Virus record (IMG/VR): IMGVR_UViG_3300037873_000028
Span: 1-48,996 of that record
Source: a virus
Length of the DNA stretch: 48,996 nucleotides
Reading direction: 5' to 3' (one strand)
In this document: piece after piece, positions 6,031 through 13,585 of the stretch
Layout of the letters: each line of letters opens with the position of its first letter
Position numbering within the stretch: position 1 is the first letter of the stretch
Notes under the pieces: model-generated
Seen by the model: the letters and a program-made list of their open reading frames with translations, nothing else
The model's database searches: none
Told to the model about the DNA's origin: nothing
Made by a program: the position numbers and the translations under genes

Positions 6031-6819
6031 CGTCTCCTGGATCTGTTTTGTGGCGGGGGAGGCAGCGCGCGCGGATACCAGCTCGCCGGGTTCCACGTCA
6101 CCGGCGTCGATGTCCGGCCGATGCCCCGGTACGCCGGGGACGAGTTCGTGCTCGGGGACGCGCTGGAGTACCTGGCCGCCCACGGCCGGGAGTTCGACGC
6201 CGTACACGCGTCGCCGCCCTGCCAGGACCACAGCCCTCTACGGAGCCGGGCCGGCGAGCATGGCACCGGCTGGCTGCTCGACGCCACCTTGGAGCTCCTG
6301 GCCGAGCAACCTGCCGTGTGGGTTGTTGAGAACGTGGGCGCCGCCCACAACCGCGCCGACATCCTGCTGTGCGGGGAGATGTTCGGACTACGCACTGTGC
6401 GCCATCGCCGGTTCACCATCGACCCTCGCATGCCGGCCCTGCTCGCCCAGCCAGCTCACCGTAGACACCGCCGGCCTACGAGCACCAAGAACCGGATCAG
6501 CGCGCTGGCCGAGGGGCACAACCTGTCAGTGACCGGCAACATCGGCGTTCACGCCGGCGTCCCCTGTATGGGCATCGACTGGATGACCGGTGACGAGCTC
6601 AGCCAGGCGATTCCGCCGGCCTACACCCAGTTCATCGGCGAGCAGCTGCTCGCCCATCTCACCAACCTGACTCCCGCCCGGGACACAGCCCAGCCCGGGC
6701 GGGTCGGTTCTCTGGTGGCGGCCGCTGCCGTAGCCGCTGACGGCCGCCACCAGACACACACCAGCCCCGCCCGGTCAGGGGCGGGGCCAGCGGACCACCA
6801 CCGAAAGGAGCTGCCATGA
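6019..6819 (+). CDS. DNA (cytosine-5) methyltransferase, short Dcm-like (266 aa)
   Basis: LDLFCGGGGSARGY (motif I, FxGxG), ASPPCQDHS (motif IV, PCQ), VVENV (motif VI). Trimmed to the ATG at 6019. The last ~38 aa follow the repeat at 6665-6703 and look like read-through. Confidence 0.9.
   Translation: MSRLRLLDLFCGGGGSARGYQLAGFHVTGVDVRPMPRYAGDEFVLGDALEYLAAHGREFDAVHASPPCQDHSPLRSRAGEHGTGWLLDATLELLAEQPAVWVVENVGAAHNRADILLCGEMFGLRTVRHRRFTIDPRMPALLAQPAHRRHRRPTSTKNRISALAEGHNLSVTGNIGVHAGVPCMGIDWMTGDELSQAIPPAYTQFIGEQLLAHLTNLTPARDTAQPGRVGSLVAAAAVAADGRHQTHTSPARSGAGPADHHRKELP
6665..6703 (+). repeat. 39-bp hairpin-containing repeat, copy 2 (inside the 3' part of the methyltransferase ORF)
   Basis: Identical to 5961-5999. 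Both copies encode DLTPARDTAQPGR. Confidence 0.9.
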
Positions 6820-7049
6820 ACAGCCGGCTTGCGAAGAGCCAACCCGAGCCTAACAGCCAGCCGCTGGGTGGCCGCCACGGCGACCCCCGGCACGACAACG
6901 GCCAGTGGACCAGCGCCGACCTGCTCGGCCACTACCAGGAGTTCACCGACGCCGTCAACGCCGCCCTCACCGCCCCCGACCTGAGCGACCTGATGCGGCT
7001 GGTGCGCATCACCACCGCCCACTCCCGGCTGGGCAGGGCCGTCCGATGA
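6816..7049 (+). CDS. Hypothetical protein (77 aa)
   Basis: ATGA overlap. AAAGGAG lies 6 nt upstream. Confidence 0.6.
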   Translation: MNSRLAKSQPEPNSQPLGGRHGDPRHDNGQWTSADLLGHYQEFTDAVNAALTAPDLSDLMRLVRITTAHSRLGRAVR

Positions 7050-7399
7050 GCGGCCCCCTGCCACCGTCGACCGCGGCCTACTGGTCAGCCCTCACCTGGC
7101 TGATAGACGAGCACCCGCCCCTCGGGGCCAGCGTCACCCTCCACTACCCGCCCGGCCGGCCCGAGCAGGTCGACGCCGCCGCCCGCGCCGCCGGCATCCC
7201 CACCGGGCGCCGCACCAGCGGCCACGGGGTCGACGTGCACGTCGCCAAAGGCACCCTGGCCGGTGGGACGGTCCAGCTGGTCCTCATGTGCGGCATGCCC
7301 GCCGAGACGCTGGGCCAGCGAATCGACCGGGCCACGGCCGAGCTGGCCGAGCTCACCCGGCAGCTAGCCGCCGCCAACGGAACGGAGGCCGGGTCATGA
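7046..7399 (+). CDS. Hypothetical protein (117 aa)
   Basis: ATGA overlap at 7046. GC3 is high. Confidence 0.6.
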   Translation: MSGPLPPSTAAYWSALTWLIDEHPPLGASVTLHYPPGRPEQVDAAARAAGIPTGRRTSGHGVDVHVAKGTLAGGTVQLVLMCGMPAETLGQRIDRATAELAELTRQLAAANGTEAGS

Positions 7400-7644
7400 T
7401 CGTCGACACCTGGCTGGGGCTCACCATCCACATCACCCGCGTCCACCACGGTCCGCTCAGCCTGCTACGCCGCCGCTGGGAATGGTGGATCGAGGGCACC
7501 CGCGAGGTGGTCGACGGGCGGGCGTGGACCTGGTGGCAGGCGCTCGCCCATGCCCGCACCTGCCGGGCGCTGATGCTCGCCGCCCGCAGTCCGGTAGCCA
7601 CCCGACGCAGCCAGGACGATCTCGAAGGGTGGCGCACCCCGTGA
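7396..7644 (+). CDS. Hypothetical Trp-rich protein (82 aa)
   Basis: ATGA overlap at 7396. Confidence 0.6.
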   Translation: MIVDTWLGLTIHITRVHHGPLSLLRRRWEWWIEGTREVVDGRAWTWWQALAHARTCRALMLAARSPVATRRSQDDLEGWRTP

Positions 7645-8153
7645 ATGACGCGACCCTGTTCGACGCGGCGCCGTACGCGGTCGCCCAACCGGGGCCGCTG
7701 TCGGGGCAGCGGCGCCGGACGCTGCGCCAGGAGCAGGCGGTGGCCAACGGGGTCCACCCGCTGGCGCTGGTGCTGCGGGACCCGACGATCCGGGTCCACC
7801 CGGACGCCCCCCGCGATCGGGGCGGGGCCGGGCCGACCTGCGGCACTTGCTGGTACCGCAGGCAGATCACCACGAACGGCAGCCGGAACTGGCCGAAGTG
7901 CACCTACGGGGTGGAGAACCGGACCGACCAGACCCGGGGCCGGGCACCACGGGTTACCCACGGAGCGGGCACTGATGTGCCCCGGTGGTGGCCGGCGTGC
8001 GACTCGTACTCGCCGGGTGGGGGACTGAGCCCGGACGCTGCCCGGTGGTCTCCACCCGCCACGGCCAGGACCTCGAAGGGTGGCGGCGATGAGCTCGTCG
8101 CCGCTGGCTGGCGGCCCACGTTCCAGGTCGGGGGCAGTGATGCGCCCGGCTGA
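7641..8153 (+). CDS. Hypothetical protein (170 aa) with a CGTC...C motif
   Basis: GTGA overlap at 7641. Contains GPTCGTCWYRRQ ... NWPKCTYG. Confidence 0.6.
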   Translation: MNDATLFDAAPYAVAQPGPLSGQRRRTLRQEQAVANGVHPLALVLRDPTIRVHPDAPRDRGGAGPTCGTCWYRRQITTNGSRNWPKCTYGVENRTDQTRGRAPRVTHGAGTDVPRWWPACDSYSPGGGLSPDAARWSPPATARTSKGGGDELVAAGWRPTFQVGGSDAPG

Positions 8154-8553
8154 CCGGTACCCGCCCCACACCCTTGCCCCCGGCCCCGGCTGGGCAGACG
8201 AGGCCGCCTGCCGGTCAGAGGACCCGGAGATCTTCTTCCCGGTCGCGTTGGACACCGGCGCCACCAGCAGCCACCCCGACGTACTCCCCGCCGTGTGGAT
8301 CTGCCAGAAGTGCCCGGTCACCGCCGCCTGCCTCAAATGGGCCATCGACACCGGCGAACGGCACGGCGTGTGGGGTGCCCGCACCCCGGCCGAACGAGAC
8401 GGCCGGCGGCTGTCCATATGCCACCAGTGCTCCGGCTGGTACACCCCACGCGACACGAGAAGCAGGTACTGCTCGGTGGTCTGCCATCAGAGCGCCCGGC
8501 AGGCCGAAGCGCGGCAGCAGAGGCTGGCCGCCGCGGAAAGGACACCGTCATGA
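8140..8553 (+). CDS. WhiB-like protein with a C-terminal Cys-rich extension (137 aa)
   Basis: WADEAACRSEDPEIFFP ... ICQKCPVTAACLKWA ... GVWGA is the Wbl pattern. An additional ICHQCSGWY...YCSVVCHQ lies downstream. Start chosen at ATG 8140, after GGGGGC; alternatives are 8080 and 8089. Confidence 0.8.
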   Translation: MRPADRYPPHTLAPGPGWADEAACRSEDPEIFFPVALDTGATSSHPDVLPAVWICQKCPVTAACLKWAIDTGERHGVWGARTPAERDGRRLSICHQCSGWYTPRDTRSRYCSVVCHQSARQAEARQQRLAAAERTPS

Positions 8554-8786
8554 CGCGGGAGGAGTTCACGGAGCGGCTGACATCATTCGGCCTGATCTCG
8601 TGGGCCGGCGGCTTGGCGGTGGCCATACTGCTGTTGATCTTCGATGATCTGCTGCCCCCTTTCGTTGCCGGCATCGCCCTAGCAATCGCGGCGGTGTACG
8701 CGAACCGTTGGCACGCAAGACGGCTGGTCCGACGGCTGGACGCGCAACGGCCGGGCTGGCACCTACCAGAGAGGACACGACCATGA
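8550..8786 (+). CDS. Membrane protein (78 aa, two hydrophobic helices)
   Basis: ATGA overlap. Contains GLISWAGGLAVAILLLIF and FVAGIALAIAAVY. Confidence 0.55.
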   Translation: MTREEFTERLTSFGLISWAGGLAVAILLLIFDDLLPPFVAGIALAIAAVYANRWHARRLVRRLDAQRPGWHLPERTRP

Positions 8787-9166
8787 TCCGTAGCCTGCTC
8801 GTCCTGCTCATCGCCACCACCCTCGGCAGCCTGTGGTGGTGGTCCGGTGTGGTCGGCCGCCGCCGGCTCGACCTCGAAGACGCCGCGCTGCTCGCCCGCA
8901 CCCAGGCCATGCCCACCGGCGGCCGGGAAGGCCGCTGCCCACGCTGCGGCGGTTCACACTGCCGCCCGTGGCGGGAAACCGGCGCCGACTGCGGCGGGCA
9001 GCACGCCCCATCACTCGTCCACACCATGTGGACACCTCAGCGGGGCGTGCACGAGCCGGTGGCGGTGCTGCGGCGCATCGTCCCCGGCGGGTGGCGCCCA
9101 CCCCGGCCCCTGTGGTCCACCCTGGCCGAGCGGGTCGGCGGCTTCCCAGTGGGGGTGCTGCCATGA
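8783..9166 (+). CDS. Membrane-anchored Cys-containing protein (127 aa)
   Basis: ATGA overlap. N-terminal MIRSLLVLLIATTLGSLWWW, then CPRCGGSHC. Confidence 0.55.
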   Translation: MIRSLLVLLIATTLGSLWWWSGVVGRRRLDLEDAALLARTQAMPTGGREGRCPRCGGSHCRPWRETGADCGGQHAPSLVHTMWTPQRGVHEPVAVLRRIVPGGWRPPRPLWSTLAERVGGFPVGVLP

Positions 9167-9702
9167 GGATCGTCCGCCGCGACAACGGGCGCATGGCAGA
9201 AGTGCAGCCAGTGAAGCCAGTCCCAATCTCGCAAGGTCTTGTTGCACTCGTGGACGAAGCCGACCTCCACCTAGTCAGTCCGTTCAACTGGTCCGCTCAA
9301 CGCTCGGGCAATACCTGGTATGCCTATCGACGCCACGGAGCCAGCAAGCAGTTTATGCATCAGATCATCGGTGGTTTTCCTCGCACCGACCATATCAACG
9401 GCAATGGCCTGGACAACCGGAAGATCAACCTGCGCCCCGCGACCCACGTCCAGAACGGCCAGAACATGCGGAAGTCCCGAGGCACCTCACGCTACAAGGG
9501 AGTAAGCCGACAGGCGGACCGCCAACTTTGGAAGGCTGAGATCAAGTCGGGCGGGCGGCGCCTGTTCCTGGGTCGATTCAAAGAGGAGGAGCTGGCCGCG
9601 CGAGCGTATGACGCTACCGCCAGGAGCTTGTTCGGGGAGTTCGCTGCACTGAACTTCCCGTGCGATGGAGAGCGCTCGGCGCATCGGGGGGCTGCCGCGT
9701 GA
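9163..9702 (+). CDS. HNH endonuclease with AP2 DNA-binding domain (paralog 1 of 3)
   Basis: DHINGNGLDNRKINLRPATHVQNGQN (HNH) plus SRYKGV...W.A.I...LGRF..EE.AARAYD..A...FGEFAALNFP (AP2). GC is visibly lower than in the neighbouring genes. Confidence 0.85.
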   Translation: MRIVRRDNGRMAEVQPVKPVPISQGLVALVDEADLHLVSPFNWSAQRSGNTWYAYRRHGASKQFMHQIIGGFPRTDHINGNGLDNRKINLRPATHVQNGQNMRKSRGTSRYKGVSRQADRQLWKAEIKSGGRRLFLGRFKEEELAARAYDATARSLFGEFAALNFPCDGERSAHRGAAA

Positions 9703-10529
9703 GAATCCAGCGCAGAGACAACGGAAGATCACACTGGTACGTCGACACCGACACCGACCAGAAGGTCGACGGCGTAACAACCATCGTTGGCAACGGCCTA
9801 CCCAAACCAGCGCTGCTCAACTGGGCAGGCGACGCCACCGCTGAATATGCAGTCGACAACTGGACAGACCTCGACCCACTACCCATGTCCGAACGCCTCA
9901 AGAAGATCAAGGGCGGCCGATACGAGAAACGCGACGCCGCATCCAACAGGGGCAGCCAGATACACGGGATGGCCGAGCGGCTGATTGCTGGAGAGCGGGT
10001 CACCGTACCCGACGCGCTCGCCGGCTACGTTCAGTCCTGCGTAAGGTTCTTGGACGAGTTCGACGTGCGAGCAGTCCATGTCGAGGCCGTCGTCTACTCC
10101 GAAACCCGCCGCCACGTCGGCACCCTCGACCTCATCGCGGACGTGCTGATACCCGACATGCCGGAGTACGACAGCATCGAGCGCGGCGAGGACGGGTACG
10201 CGCGGGGTCTGCTCGACTGGAAGACCGGTAAATCGGGGATTTTCGGCGACGTGGCGATGCAGCTGGCGCCATATCGGCATTCCGAGTATCTGGTCTTGCC
10301 CGACGGGACTGTGATCGACATGCCCCCGGTGGACTTCTGCGCCGGCATCCACATTCGCGCCGACGACTACGAGTTTGTGCCGTTGCTGTGCGGCGAGGAC
10401 CAGTACCGCGACTTCCTTTACATCAAGGAAGTCGCGCGAATTCAGGCCGGGCTGCGGGACCTAGTTGGGCAGCCGATCCAGCCACCCACCGCATCCGCCT
10501 ACGTGCTGGCGAAAGCAGACGAGACATGA
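9699..10529 (+). CDS. PD-(D/E)XK exonuclease (Cas4/RecB-like phage exonuclease, 276 aa)
   Basis: GTLDLIAD ... LLDWKTGKS gives the D...(D/E)xK motif. Positioned directly upstream of an ERF annealase. Confidence 0.7.
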   Translation: MRIQRRDNGRSHWYVDTDTDQKVDGVTTIVGNGLPKPALLNWAGDATAEYAVDNWTDLDPLPMSERLKKIKGGRYEKRDAASNRGSQIHGMAERLIAGERVTVPDALAGYVQSCVRFLDEFDVRAVHVEAVVYSETRRHVGTLDLIADVLIPDMPEYDSIERGEDGYARGLLDWKTGKSGIFGDVAMQLAPYRHSEYLVLPDGTVIDMPPVDFCAGIHIRADDYEFVPLLCGEDQYRDFLYIKEVARIQAGLRDLVGQPIQPPTASAYVLAKADET

Positions 10530-11299
10530 CCGACACCACACCCGCGCTGGCCGCCGCGCTCGCCAAGGTCCAGGCCGAGCTGCCCGAAGTGGAGCGTGAC
10601 CGGACCGTGGAGGTGGAGAAGAAGGCCGGTGGTACCTACAGCTACTCGTACGTAACCCTGGCGAACCTGTCCAAGGCCGTCCTGCCGCTGCTCGCCAAGC
10701 ACGGCCTCGCGTTCACCGCCCTGCCCGGCGCCGGCACCGACGGGAAGATGTGCCTGCGCTACCACCTGCTACACGAATCCGGCGAGACCCTGTCCGGCGA
10801 GTTCCCCATCTCCGGCGAGGGCGGAATCCAGATGATCGGCGGCCGGATCACCTACGCCCGCCGCTACTGCCTGGCCGCGCTGGTCGGCGTCGCCGCGGAC
10901 GAGGATGACGAGTCCCGGCTAGACGAGCCCGGCCGCGCAACCGCCCAGCGGGCCAGTGCGCCACGCGCAACCGTGCCGCGGCCCACGAAAGCCGCCGGGC
11001 GGACCGCCCAGCGGGCGGCCCCGCCGCCACTGCCAAGCGATGGACCCACACCGATCAGCGCCCCCCAGCGGGCAAAGCTGATGGCCGGGTTCGGCCAGAT
11101 CGGCATTACCGACCGGGCTGAGCGGCTGGACATCGCCACCAGGATCGTCGGCCGGTCCGTCGGCTCGGCCAACGAGCTGACCCTGGATGAGGCCCGGCAG
11201 GTGATCGACGCGCTGGAGAGGGCCATCGCGAGCGACAACCCGGCGTTGACGCTGGCCGAGATCGCCGCCTTTGGCGAGGTGACTGATGCCACCACGTAG
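10526..11299 (+). CDS. erf: ERF-family single-strand annealing protein
   Basis: YSYSYVTLANLSKAVLPLLAKHGL ... RITYARRYCLAALVG is the recalled ERF signature. The C-terminal half is low-complexity. Confidence 0.8.
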   Translation: MTDTTPALAAALAKVQAELPEVERDRTVEVEKKAGGTYSYSYVTLANLSKAVLPLLAKHGLAFTALPGAGTDGKMCLRYHLLHESGETLSGEFPISGEGGIQMIGGRITYARRYCLAALVGVAADEDDESRLDEPGRATAQRASAPRATVPRPTKAAGRTAQRAAPPPLPSDGPTPISAPQRAKLMAGFGQIGITDRAERLDIATRIVGRSVGSANELTLDEARQVIDALERAIASDNPALTLAEIAAFGEVTDATT

Positions 11300-11777
11300 C
11301 CCGCGCCACATCGGCACCGACACTGAGACCGCCGTCGTCCGGCACCTGCAGGCCGCCGGCTGGCCGTCGGCCGAACGCCGCTCACTGCGCGGACAGCTCG
11401 ACGCCGGCGACATCACCGGCACCCCCGGCATCTGCTGGTCCGTCAAAGGCGGCCAGGCGGCGAAGGCCGCCAGCGACGGTCAGATCGAAGCCTGGCTGGC
11501 TGAGGCTGAGAAGCAGAAGGCCAACGCCCTGGGCGCCATCGTGTTTCTGCTGGTGGTGCAGCGCAAGGGCATCGGCCCGGCGAATGCCGGCCGCTGGTGG
11601 GCGGTGATGCCCGGCTGGCAGTACGAGTCGCTGTGCCAGCGCGCCGGGGCGGTCCGACCCGACGAGCTCGGCGGGCTCGGCCGCTGGTGCTTCGGCGACC
11701 GCGGGCCGATCCGCATGCACCTGACCCAGGCGTGCGCCCTGCTCAACTACGCCGGCTACGGAGACGCCGATGGCTGA
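11286..11777 (+). CDS. Putative Holliday-junction resolvase / PD-(D/E)XK endonuclease (163 aa)
   Basis: GTDTETAVVRHLQAAGWPSAERRSLRGQLDAGDITGTPGICWSVKGG resembles Hjc-like phage resolvases (E...D...x-V-K). The assignment comes from the motif and from its position after exo/ERF. Confidence 0.55.
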   Translation: MPPRSPRHIGTDTETAVVRHLQAAGWPSAERRSLRGQLDAGDITGTPGICWSVKGGQAAKAASDGQIEAWLAEAEKQKANALGAIVFLLVVQRKGIGPANAGRWWAVMPGWQYESLCQRAGAVRPDELGGLGRWCFGDRGPIRMHLTQACALLNYAGYGDADG

Positions 11778-12030
11778 GTACGTCGAGGACTACGGGTCCG
11801 GCAAGCCGCTGTGCGTCGACTGCGCCACCGGGGCGTGCATCGGTGACATCGCCTGGGAATGCGAGGCCGAATGGTGCCAATGCCCGTGCCGCGCCGACGA
11901 CCGGGCGGCCGAGCTTGACGACCGGCCGGCGGACAAGCTGGCCGCGGTCGCCGCCGAGCTCGCGGCCGAACGCGACGGTGACCCGCGGGATCTGACCGCC
12001 GAGAGGTTCGGGAAAGGCCGTCATGGCTAA
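11770..12030 (+). CDS. Small Cys-rich acidic protein (86 aa)
   Basis: CVDCATGACIGDIAWECEAEWCQCPC. Overlaps the upstream gene by 8 nt. Confidence 0.55.
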   Translation: MAEYVEDYGSGKPLCVDCATGACIGDIAWECEAEWCQCPCRADDRAAELDDRPADKLAAVAAELAAERDGDPRDLTAERFGKGRHG

Positions 12031-12196
12031 GGGATGCAGGGGCAAGCGGAAGCGGACCTACAGCGAGGCGATCGCCGCGGCGCTGCGCTGCTCACGCAAA
12101 CGCGGCACGCCGCTGCGGCCCTACCACTGTGACCGGTGCGGCACCTGGCACCTGACCAAGCATCCGCTACGGGCACGCTCGGAGGTGCCGGCATGA
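12023..12196 (+). CDS. Small basic zinc-ribbon-like protein (57 aa)
   Basis: Hand-translated: MAKGCRGKRKRTYSEAIAAALRCSRKRGTPLRPYHCDRCGTWHLTK. ATGA overlap with the next gene at 12193. Confidence 0.5.
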   Translation: MAKGCRGKRKRTYSEAIAAALRCSRKRGTPLRPYHCDRCGTWHLTKHPLRARSEVPA

Positions 12197-12429
12197 GCGG
12201 GGTGTGGCTGGGCGCCAGCCGGGCGCTCGAACGGCCCGTGCCCACCACCGAGCCCTACCCGCACATCTGCGGCAGCATCATCACCGGCTACGCCACCGGC
12301 CGGGCGGTCACCCTGTGGCGCAACGCCTGCGCGGCGTGCGCGTGGGAGCGGGGCGAGAAGCGGCAGCGGGTGGAGGTCACCGATGAGCTGTTGGAGTTGG
12401 AGCGAAGGCGGTTGGGGGAGCGGGAATGA
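12193..12429 (+). CDS. Hypothetical protein (78 aa)
   Basis: ATGA overlaps at both ends. Confidence 0.55.
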   Translation: MSGVWLGASRALERPVPTTEPYPHICGSIITGYATGRAVTLWRNACAACAWERGEKRQRVEVTDELLELERRRLGERE

Positions 12430-13232
12430 CCCGCTCACACCGCTGGATTGGCAAGGAGACGCACCTTAAGGAGCGCGACTTCTCCGGCCTCATCGGTGGC
12501 ATCCACGTGCCGATCTGCAAGAGCATCCACGACCGTTACGGCCGCCCAAATGATCCGCCGTACCTGTTCGCCGACCTGAACGGCGGCCCCGGGCAACTCC
12601 GGGATGATGCCGGCAGGGAATTCCCGGGTAGTCCGCTCATCGCCGTCGACGCGCTGGCCCGGTCCGGGGTGCCGTACGAGACACTGCACTTCGAGAGCGA
12701 CCCGGACGTTGCCGCCGAGTTGGCCGCCGCCCTGCACCCCAGCATCTACCCCGATACGACCGTCTGCGAGATGCCCTTCGAGGACGGGATTCGTAACTGG
12801 CTGACCCAGACGCGGCCGCACCGGTACCGCTACGGGATGGTCTACTCGGACCCTATCGAGACCCCCATTCCAGTCGACACCTTCAACGACGTCGCCGCGC
12901 ACTTCCCGAGAGTGGACCTGCTCGCCTACGTGGCCGCGAATAACCAGTACAAGCGGATCAACGGTAGTGGCCGCGGGCATGGGCGCAGGTTGGCGGACGA
13001 CATCGCCGCTGTGCACAAGAAGAAGGTACTCATCCGGACGCCGGCCGGCGGTGAGCAGTACACCTTCATCCTGTTCACCGACTGGACCAAGATGCCGCCG
13101 TGGACCAGCCACGGCTTCCACGAGCTGAAGGCCACTGGGCCGGGGCGTCTCATCCTGGATGAGCTGAACCTGACTCGACGTGAGTTACATCAGAGAGCGA
13201 ATCAGCCCCTGCCGTTCGAGGAGCTGGGATGA
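12426..13232 (+). CDS. TcmP-like protein (three-Cys-motif partner protein family; methyltransferase-fold-like)
   Basis: THLKERDF ... PYLFADLNGGPGQ ... FPGSPLIAVDAL matches my recollection of TIGR04474. It lies two genes upstream of a Gp37/Gp68 (DUF5131) gene, as the family definition expects. Confidence 0.6.
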   Translation: MTRSHRWIGKETHLKERDFSGLIGGIHVPICKSIHDRYGRPNDPPYLFADLNGGPGQLRDDAGREFPGSPLIAVDALARSGVPYETLHFESDPDVAAELAAALHPSIYPDTTVCEMPFEDGIRNWLTQTRPHRYRYGMVYSDPIETPIPVDTFNDVAAHFPRVDLLAYVAANNQYKRINGSGRGHGRRLADDIAAVHKKKVLIRTPAGGEQYTFILFTDWTKMPPWTSHGFHELKATGPGRLILDELNLTRRELHQRANQPLPFEELG

Positions 13233-13585
13233 CACCTACCAACATTCGGGAGCATCCACCAAGTTGGACGTGCGTCGAGGGTGACCATGTTGAGTGCGAT
13301 AGCCCACGCTGCGGGTGTGGCTGCCATCCATACGGCTACGTTCTTCCCGGGGCGGGCGACGCGCCGTACCTCACATATCGCGAGTACCTGCGCCACCCTA
13401 GATTCCGTCGGGTTCGGGCTAAGGTGTTCCGGCGCGCCGGCGGGTCGTGTGAACGATGTGACCAACGACCACCGTCTGAGCCCCATCATCTTTGGTATCC
13501 GCCGTGGGGCACCTTCGACGTGCCCGAGAACATGATTGCCGTCTGCCACCCCTGCCACTGCCAGATCCACGGGAAGGCGTCATGA
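13229..13585 (+). CDS. HNH nuclease-family protein (118 aa)
   Basis: SCERCDQRPPSEPHHLWYPPWGTFDVPENMIAVCHPCHCQIHG gives CxxC...HH...N...CxxCHxxxH. There is an additional N-terminal Cys/His cluster. Confidence 0.7.
   Translation: MTPTNIREHPPSWTCVEGDHVECDSPRCGCGCHPYGYVLPGAGDAPYLTYREYLRHPRFRRVRAKVFRRAGGSCERCDQRPPSEPHHLWYPPWGTFDVPENMIAVCHPCHCQIHGKAS

Noticed and set aside
9699-11777. Exonuclease-ERF-resolvase module as something novel
   Set aside because: This is a standard phage recombination cassette. Only the HNH insertion footprint at its 5' end is unusual.
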